A stretch of DNA of 12,809 nucleotides from an uncultured Deinococcales bacterium. GTDB lineage: Bacteria; Deinococcota; Deinococci; Deinococcales; JAAFIG01. The position numbers and the translations under genes are program-made. Each line of letters begins with the position of its first letter. The stretch's first letter is position 1. Positions 7,349-12,809 of the stretch are shown piece by piece. The stretch spans positions 1-12,809 of the forward strand of contig CAXTKV010000157.1 of assembly GCA_964244895.1 (NCBI GenBank), given 5' to 3'. The notes below the pieces were generated by a model. It worked only from the letters and a program-made list of their open reading frames with translations. It ran no database searches and had not been told where the DNA came from.

Positions 7349-7630
7349 ATGAGCAAAGCCCTGGACGACCAGCAGATCCAAGCCAAACTTCAGACCGTTC
7401 CCGGTTGGGCGCTCGAGGACGCGCAACTGGCGCGCACCTTCAGCTTTGCCAGTTACGCCGATGGCGTGGCCTTCGCCGTCAAGGTTGGCATGCTCTCCGA
7501 GAAGCTCGATCATCACCCGGACGCACTTTCGATCACCTGGAAGAAAGTTCGCGTGGCCTACGTCACCCACAGCGCGGGCGGTATCACGGAACTGGATTTT
7601 GACGCGGCGCTGAAGGTGTCTGGCCTGTAA
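7349..7630 (+). CDS. phhB: Pterin-4-alpha-carbinolamine dehydratase (4a-hydroxytetrahydrobiopterin dehydratase)
   Basis: 93 aa with PGW...LARTFSFASY, EKLDHHPD and VTHSAGGITELDF signature motifs. Confidence 0.93.
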   Translation: MSKALDDQQIQAKLQTVPGWALEDAQLARTFSFASYADGVAFAVKVGMLSEKLDHHPDALSITWKKVRVAYVTHSAGGITELDFDAALKVSGL

Positions 7631-7651
7631 AACACCGTTCAGTACGGCGTT
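7631..7651. repeat. Single copy of the 21-bp palindrome directly after the phhB stop
   Basis: AACACCGTTC-A-GTACGGCGTT. Confidence 0.75.
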
Positions 7652-7661
7652 CCTGATCTTG

Positions 7662-7733
7662 TCCCCCACTGCTTTAGTAGAGGAGAGGTGGCTCGAGACC
7701 GCCCGGTGTTGGCTGCCTCGAGCCGGAAGGGTC
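7662..7733. repeat. Double-hairpin intergenic element, second family (degenerate copy)
   Basis: TCCCCCACT..AGTAGAGGA hairpin, GAGGTG, GGCTCGAG..CTCGAGCC hairpin, CGGAAGGGTC. Same layout as 10097-10156. Confidence 0.55.
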
Positions 7734-7832
7734 GGTGTGCGGCGACCTCTTCGGCTCGAGGCCACCGCATCAGCCAACGCGCCTCGGCCTTTGGGCGGAG
7801 GACGCGCCCGGATTTCGCGCGTAACCTGACGT

Positions 7833-7912
7833 GGGAACAAAACGGTTCGGCTCGAGGACAAAACGTTCCGGTTCGGCTCGAGGACAAAACGTTCCGGCTC
7901 GGGAACAAAACG
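7833..7912 (+). repeat. Short direct-repeat cluster upstream of the efflux operon
   Basis: ACAAAACG at 7837, 7858, 7884 and 7905. Exact 26-bp tandem duplication CGGTTCGGCTCGAGGACAAAACGTTC at 7843-7868 and 7869-7894. Confidence 0.88.
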
Positions 7913-7946
7913 ATCGAGGTCGCGTAAGGGAAACCAAGGGGGTTCA

Positions 7947-9149
7947 ATGAGGAACGTTTTACGCAGGATTTGGATACCGATCCTGGTGCTGGCGCTCGGC
8001 GGGGTCGTCTGGAGCGTGGCGAGGCCCAAACCGGACCCTGGGCTCGAGATCAACATCGCCAGGGCCACGGCGGGCGAGTTCGTGCGTCAAGTGCGCGCCA
8101 ACGGCAGCGTGGACGCGCGCGTCTACAACCTGAACTTTCCGCGCTCTGGACGCGTGGCGCGCGTGCTGGTCAAGGAAGGTCAGGTGGTCGCGGTGGGCGC
8201 GCTGCTGGCGGAACTCGACACCACGGACGATACGGTCAAACTGACCAGCGCCAAGGCGAACCTGGCGGCGACCATCACGCAACTGGGCGCGCAGGGCAAC
8301 GAGACGGACGCGAACCGCGCCAAAATCCAGTCGCAACTCGAGGCGGCCAGAGGGAAACTCGCATCGGCGCAGAAGCTCGCGGCGGTCGGTGGCGTCTCGA
8401 GGAACGAACTTCAGGACGCGATCCGGGCGGTCAACGACCTGGAATCGCAAGTGCAGATTCAGTCCTCGCAGTCCACCACCTCGCAATCCACGCTCCAGGC
8501 CACCCGATCCGCGCGTCAGGCCGAGATCGCGGCGCTCGAGCGCAGCATCAGCCTGGCGCAACTGCGTTCGCCGGTGGGCGGCACGGTCTCCAAGGTGGAT
8601 TTCCTGGCGGGCACCGAGGCGGGCGCGGGCATCGTTCGGGTCGTGGAAAGCCGCACGCTGGAATTCCGCGCCAAGCTGGCGGAGGCCGACATTCCCGGTT
8701 TGAGCGTCGGGCAACCCGCACTGATCGTGCTCGATTCCGCGCCGGGCACGCCCCTGCAAGCCAAGGTCTCCAGGCTGTCCGTTCAGGCCGAAGTCTCCGT
8801 TCAGGGCGGCAGCGCGATCCTGCCCGTGATCCTGAAATTCACCGATGCCAACGCGCCCCGACTGGCTCGCCCCGGACTGACCGCTTCGGCGCGGATCACG
8901 ACTCTGCGCATCGAGGACGCCGTGATGATTCCGCTCGAGACGCTGCTGGAGGAACAGGGCAAAAGCTCCGTCTGGCTGGTGGATCAAACCAGTAAGACCG
9001 TCAAGAAAACACCCGTCACGATTCGCGCCCGCAACCTGACGCAAGCTGCCGTGAAGGGCGTTCCCGACGGCGCAATCCTGGTTTCTTTGCCGCCTGAAGC
9101 CCTCAAGGACGGCCAGAAGGTGCAGTACGCGCTCGAGAAGGGCAAGTGA
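7947..9149 (+). CDS. Efflux periplasmic adaptor / membrane fusion protein (MacA/HlyD family)
   Basis: N-terminal TM anchor, lipoyl-like halves SGRVARVLVKEGQVVAVGALLAELD and LRSPVGGTVSKV flanking a coiled coil, LARPGLTASARI. Shine-Dalgarno AAGGGGG at 7936-7942. Confidence 0.9.
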   Translation: MRNVLRRIWIPILVLALGGVVWSVARPKPDPGLEINIARATAGEFVRQVRANGSVDARVYNLNFPRSGRVARVLVKEGQVVAVGALLAELDTTDDTVKLTSAKANLAATITQLGAQGNETDANRAKIQSQLEAARGKLASAQKLAAVGGVSRNELQDAIRAVNDLESQVQIQSSQSTTSQSTLQATRSARQAEIAALERSISLAQLRSPVGGTVSKVDFLAGTEAGAGIVRVVESRTLEFRAKLAEADIPGLSVGQPALIVLDSAPGTPLQAKVSRLSVQAEVSVQGGSAILPVILKFTDANAPRLARPGLTASARITTLRIEDAVMIPLETLLEEQGKSSVWLVDQTSKTVKKTPVTIRARNLTQAAVKGVPDGAILVSLPPEALKDGQKVQYALEKGK

Positions 9150-9167
9150 TGAAGGTCGTGTGCCAGG

Positions 9168-9226
9168 GAACACCGTCCAAGATGCTATTCTCGAGGATAC
9201 GATTTTTTGCGTCTGGGACGGTGTTC
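9168..9226. repeat. ~57-bp paired-palindrome element (opposite orientation to the copy at 10170)
   Basis: GAACACCGTCCAAGATGC and GCGTCTGGGACGGTGTTC form a 16/18 inverted repeat. Centres 9179 and 9215, spacer contains ATTCTCGAG. Confidence 0.88.
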
Positions 9227-9315
9227 GAGGTGGCCACAAGCCGTGAGCCGCAGGCTCGCGGCCTGCGACGAGTCTTCTTTCCAGACCTCGCCGCGCCAGA
9301 CCGGGAGATTTCCTG

Positions 9316-10029
9316 ATGCCCTCCGTCCTCGAGATGCGCGGCATCACCAAGATTTACCGTTCGGGCACGAACCAGCGCACGGTCGAGGTGCAAGCCTTGC
9401 AGGGCGTGAATCTGGCCATCAATTCCGGCGAGTACGTGGCGATCATGGGGCCATCAGGTTCCGGTAAATCCACGCTGATGCACATCATCGGGTTGCTGGA
9501 CAGCCCCACGAACGGTTCCTACCAGCTCGGCGGCGACGAGGTCTCGGGCCTGAAGGATTCCGAACTGGCGCGCATCCGCAATCACCGCGTGGGCTTCGTG
9601 TTCCAGGCGTTCTTCTTGCTGCCGCGCCTGACGGCCCTGCGCAACGTGGCCTTGCCACTCGTGTACCGCGGCACGCCCGCCCGAGAACGCACCAGACGCG
9701 CTCAGGTCGCGCTGGAAAGCGTCGGATTGGGCAACCGCATGGATCATTTGCCGACGGAACTTTCAGGCGGTCAGAAGCAGCGCGTGGCGGTCGCTCGGGC
9801 GCTGGTGCAGGAACCGGACATTCTGCTGGCGGACGAACCGACCGGCAACCTGGATTCGCAGAGCACCCTGGAAGTCCTGGAACTCTTCGATAACCTGCAC
9901 CGCCAGGGAAAAACGATCATCATGGTCACCCACGAACCCGACGTGGCCGCCCACGCCGAACGCGTCGTGCGCCTGAAAGACGGGTTGGTCGTGTCAGACG
10001 AACGCCAGGGCAAGGGGGCGATGGCGTGA
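9316..10029 (+). CDS. ABC transporter ATP-binding protein (MacB/LolD/FtsE-like)
   Basis: Walker [11 protein letters not shown]-loop GFVFQAF, signature [15 protein letters not shown], Walker [14 protein letters not shown]-loop VTHE. GGAG RBS upstream. Confidence 0.96.
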   Translation: MPSVLEMRGITKIYRSGTNQRTVEVQALQGVNLAINSGEYVAIMGPSGSGKSTLMHIIGLLDSPTNGSYQLGGDEVSGLKDSELARIRNHRVGFVFQAFFLLPRLTALRNVALPLVYRGTPARERTRRAQVALESVGLGNRMDHLPTELSGGQKQRVAVARALVQEPDILLADEPTGNLDSQSTLEVLELFDNLHRQGKTIIMVTHEPDVAAHAERVVRLKDGLVVSDERQGKGAMA

Positions 10030-10038
10030 GAGAGGTCC

Positions 10039-10066
10039 TCAGAAATCAGAGGTCAGCAGTCAGAGG
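10039..10066 (+). repeat. Four tandem heptamers TCAG(A/C)NN
   Basis: TCAGAAA TCAGAGG TCAGCAG TCAGAGG. Confidence 0.7.
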
Positions 10067-10096
10067 CCAACTTCTCGAGCCTCAAGATGCTCTCGT

Positions 10097-10156
10097 CCTC
10101 CCCTGCGAAGGAGGGGAGGTGTCATCCTCGCGCTGTTCGAGGATGACGGAGGGGTC
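10097..10156. repeat. Double-hairpin intergenic element, second family
   Basis: CCTCCCCT/AGGGGAGG (10097-10119) and GTCATCCTCG/CGAGGATGAC (10121-10147) are perfect stems, followed by GGAGGGGTC. Confidence 0.8.
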
Positions 10157-10169
10157 GCTCGCGCAAGAG

Positions 10170-10226
10170 AACACCGTCCTACACGGTTTTTTCTTGAATC
10201 TCGAGAATGGCGTCCCGGACGGTCTC
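10170..10226. repeat. ~57-bp paired-palindrome element
   Basis: AACACCGTCC-T-ACACGGTTTT and AATGGCGTCC-C-GGACGGTCTC, centres 10180 and 10216. The internal TTCTTGAATCTCGAGAA is identical to the last 17 nt of the window. Confidence 0.85.
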
Positions 10227-10246
10227 CTCGAGAAGGGGGTGAGGGC

Positions 10247-11449
10247 GTGACGCTCGAGAACATCCGCATCGCGCTGGAATCGCTCTGGGGCAACAAGCTG
10301 CGCAGCTTCCTGGCGCTGTTGGGCATCGTGATCGGCGTGTTCGCGGTCACGACCATGATTTCGTTGGGTCAGATCGCGCAGGTGGGCATCACGCGCGATC
10401 TGGAGAGCGTGGCGGGCAGATCCGTGTTCGTGCAGCCGAACTTCAACGGTGGTCAGGACGCCAGCACCGCGCCGATTCGCGAGGCCGACTTGCGGGCGCT
10501 CGAGCCGTTCCCGGTCGGGCTGGTGCCGCAGATTTTCACCAGCGCGCAGTACGAATCGCGCCCCGGAGAGCGGCGCAGCGTGACCTTGCAGGGCACGCCC
10601 GGTGACTTGCCCAGGCTCGACCCGACGAACAAGCTGGCGAAGGGACGCTACTTCACGACCTCGGAGGCGAACGGTGGGTTGGCGGTCGCGGTCTTATCCA
10701 ACAGCGCCGCCAAGGACTTGATCCCGCGCGGCGACCCGATCGGGCGCACGGTTCGTCTGTACCTGAATTCCGGTCAGCGCGTCGAATTGACCGTGGTGGG
10801 CGTGCTGGAAGCGCCGCCCGGATTGTTCGGCGGTTTCGGCGGTTCCACGGTCTACGCGCCGAACCCGTTCGTGTGGGCGTCCGGCGAGGGTCGGCGCGGC
10901 GAGTACACCTTCGTGACCATGATCCTGCGGCCCGGCGTTCAGGCCGCCGAGATTCAACGCCAGGTGACGCGACTCTTCGAGGGGCGTTACGGCAAGGACA
11001 AGTACCAGATTTCCAGCACGGAATCCTTCCAGGGCACGCTCAGTTCGATCACCACGGCCCTTCAGGCGCTGCTGGCGGCGATTGCGGCGCTCTCCTTGCT
11101 GGTCGGCGGCATCGGCATCATGAACATCATGCTGGTGTCCGTCACCGAACGCACCCGAGAGATCGGCCTGCGCAAGGCGCTCGGCGCGACCAACGGCTTG
11201 ATCCGCCAGCAGTTCCTGATCGAGGCGGTCGTGCTGACCGTGATCGGCGGTCTGATCGGCGTGATCACGGCGGTCGGGTTGCTGCTGGTGGTGGTGGCCA
11301 TCGTGCCGTTCTTCAAGACGTTTATCCTCGCGCCCTCGACGGTCATGTTGGCGCTCGGTGTGAGCATTTTCATCGGGCTGGTGTTCGGGGTTCTACCCGC
11401 CGCTCGCGCCTCGCGGCTTCACCCGATAGAAGCCCTGCGTTACGAGTGA
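10247..11449 (+). CDS. ABC transporter permease (MacB/FtsX family, 4 TM with periplasmic domain)
   Basis: NKLRSFLALLGIVIGVFAV, LLVGGIGIMNIMLVSVTERTREIGLRKALGA, QQFLIEA and PAARASRLHPIEALRYE. Confidence 0.96.
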   Translation: MTLENIRIALESLWGNKLRSFLALLGIVIGVFAVTTMISLGQIAQVGITRDLESVAGRSVFVQPNFNGGQDASTAPIREADLRALEPFPVGLVPQIFTSAQYESRPGERRSVTLQGTPGDLPRLDPTNKLAKGRYFTTSEANGGLAVAVLSNSAAKDLIPRGDPIGRTVRLYLNSGQRVELTVVGVLEAPPGLFGGFGGSTVYAPNPFVWASGEGRRGEYTFVTMILRPGVQAAEIQRQVTRLFEGRYGKDKYQISSTESFQGTLSSITTALQALLAAIAALSLLVGGIGIMNIMLVSVTERTREIGLRKALGATNGLIRQQFLIEAVVLTVIGGLIGVITAVGLLLVVVAIVPFFKTFILAPSTVMLALGVSIFIGLVFGVLPAARASRLHPIEALRYE

Positions 11450-11456
11450 TTCTACC

Positions 11457-11502
11457 AGCACCGTCCTGGACGCGAATTAAAGAATGCGTCCAGGACGGTC
11501 TT
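11457..11502. repeat. Paired palindrome, short form; perfect 14-bp stem between convergent genes, possibly a bidirectional terminator or 3' stabiliser
   Basis: ACCGTCCTGGACGC (11460-11473), 12-nt loop, GCGTCCAGGACGGT (11486-11499). Centres 11467 and 11492. Confidence 0.85.
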
Positions 11503-11587
11503 CTCGAGGGTCGAATCCGATGCTCGAGTAATCGTGTGAGGGCCGAACCCGACCCTTCTCTCGAGACGCGTTCGACCGCGCTCGAGC

Positions 11588-12658
11588 TTATTTCTTGAGC
11601 TTCGTCCAGACCTTGTCGCGCAAATCCGTGGCCTTCTGCGAGCAGATCTGGTTCGGGCGGAAACGCTTGGTCATCTCGGGCGGCGTGGTCACGGCGGGAT
11701 CGGATTTCAGGGCGGCATCGAAGAACGCGCTCGAGCCGTTGATGCTGTTGTTGTAACCCGTGAAATTGCTGGCAGCGGCGATGTTTTTGGGTTCCATCAT
11801 CCACTGGATGAATCTGATCGCGCCCGCCTTGTTCTTGGCGGTGGTGGGTACGGCCAGGTTGTCGTTCCAGAACGGCAAGCCCTCTTTGGGGTAGACGAAC
11901 ACGGCGGTTTTGAGCTTTTCCTTGGTTCGATGCGCCGCGCCGTTCCACTGGTGGTGCATGATGACTTCTTTGGCCTGCATGCGTTCGATGGTTCCGTCAC
12001 TGTTGTAGGTCGCCACGAACGGTTTTTGCTTGACCAGCACGGCCAGCACGCGTTCAGCCTGCTTGGGATCCTCGATGCACTGCGGCAAGCCGAGGTAGTA
12101 CGCGGCGGCGCTGAACAGGTCGTTCTGGTCGTTCAGGTCAGCGATCTGGCCTTTCAATTCCGGGATCGGCTCGAAGAAGCTCTTCCAGGAATCAGGCAGC
12201 TTGCCGCCGGGAACTCGAGCCGAATCGTAGGTGAAGCCCGTCACGCCCCACATGTACGGCGCGCTGAACTCGCGTTTCGGGTCGAAGGGCGGTTTCTGGC
12301 TGAAATCCGCGACGTTCTTCCACTGCGGGAAGCCGGCTGGGTTGATGCGCTCGAGAATCTTTTCGCCGATCATGATTTTCACCATGTAATCGGACGGCAC
12401 GATCACGTCGTAGCCCGCCGCGCCCGCCTTGAGCTTCGCCAGCAGGGATTCGTTCGAGTCGTAGACGTCCAGGTTGACCTTGATGCCGGTTTCCTTCTCG
12501 AAGGTTTTCAGCAACTCGGGCGGAATGTAGTTCGACCAGTTGTACAGGTTGATTTCGCTGGCTTGCGCCTGCACGTTCTGCGAGAGCGCGAAACCTGCCG
12601 CTGCCGCACCCAGAGCGAGCGCCCCACCGACCCACACGAGTTTCTTCGGTACGTTCAT
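11588..12658 (-). CDS. potD: Spermidine/putrescine ABC transporter substrate-binding protein (PotD/PotF family)
   Basis: Signal peptide, INLYNWSNYIPPELLKTFEKETGIKV, YDSNESLLAKL, YDVIVPSDYMV, PYMWGVTG and YPKEGLPFWNDNLAVP. Shine-Dalgarno AAGGAGG at 12664-12670 on the minus strand. Confidence 0.9.
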   Translation of the reverse strand: MNVPKKLVWVGGALALGAAAAGFALSQNVQAQASEINLYNWSNYIPPELLKTFEKETGIKVNLDVYDSNESLLAKLKAGAAGYDVIVPSDYMVKIMIGEKILERINPAGFPQWKNVADFSQKPPFDPKREFSAPYMWGVTGFTYDSARVPGGKLPDSWKSFFEPIPELKGQIADLNDQNDLFSAAAYYLGLPQCIEDPKQAERVLAVLVKQKPFVATYNSDGTIERMQAKEVIMHHQWNGAAHRTKEKLKTAVFVYPKEGLPFWNDNLAVPTTAKNKAGAIRFIQWMMEPKNIAAASNFTGYNNSINGSSAFFDAALKSDPAVTTPPEMTKRFRPNQICSQKATDLRDKVWTKLKK

Positions 12659-12772
12659 GACTGCCTCCTTGTGCCTCGAGGGTTCGAGGTGTGCGCGATG
12701 CGATCCGGTGGTCGATGAACTGTTGAACTCGAGGTGGCGAGAATGGGTGTGGGTGCTCGAGACTGACGCGAA

Positions 12773-12809
12773 AAGACTGTTCTGGACAGCGTTTCTTGAA
12801 TCTCGAGAA
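12773..12809. repeat. Left part of a ~57-bp paired-palindrome element, truncated by the window end
   Basis: AAGACTGTTC-T-GGACAGCGTT followed by TCTTGAATCTCGAGAA, matching 10170-10207. Confidence 0.8.

Noticed and set aside
7833..7912. Possible mini CRISPR array
   Set aside because: The units are directly tandem with no unique spacers, are too short, and no cas genes are present.
7959..9350. 463-aa minus-strand ORF and 341-aa alternative-frame plus ORF (7970-8995)
   Set aside because: Shadows of the efflux adaptor gene with Arg/Gly-rich off-frame composition.
10026..10250. 74-aa ORF bridging the ATPase stop and permease start with 4-nt overlaps at both ends
   Set aside because: Composed almost entirely of three repeat elements with no protein-like signal. 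The double overlap is curious, and ribosome profiling would be needed to exclude a coupling peptide.
11930..12718. 262-aa plus-strand ORF
   Set aside because: Antisense to potD.
1..12809. tRNA, rRNA, riboswitch, integrase or transposase genes
   Set aside because: None recognisable. No autonomous mobile element that could explain the repeats is encoded in this window.

Overview
GC-rich bacterial chromosomal segment, most likely Deinococcota. This is an inference from four genes with a TANNNT -10 box exactly 6 nt before the start codon (leaderless type) and from the gene content. Ten credible CDSs: a secreted hypothetical protein (-), a TrmJ/LasT-family SPOUT RNA methyltransferase overlapping a membrane GAF-GAF-HisKA_3 sensor kinase, a small beta-rich hypothetical protein, a large TPR-CHAT (caspase-like) protease with an intact His/Cys dyad, pterin-4a-carbinolamine dehydratase, a MacAB-like efflux cassette (adaptor, ATPase, permease) and a PotD/PotF-like polyamine-binding protein (-). 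The most unusual signals: (1) about 15 copies of a 21-bp imperfect palindrome (AACACCGTCC-N-GGACGGTGTT), seen only between genes and usually paired at centre spacings of 25 or 35-36 bp; both window ends fall inside the ~57-bp paired form. (2) About 62 copies of CTCGAG, roughly 14-fold above base-composition expectation and denser outside genes. (3) A two-gene module of a stand-alone 'AGLR' domain protein plus a TPR-CHAT protease, with no CRISPR or sigma-factor gene in the window. All counts were done by eye.
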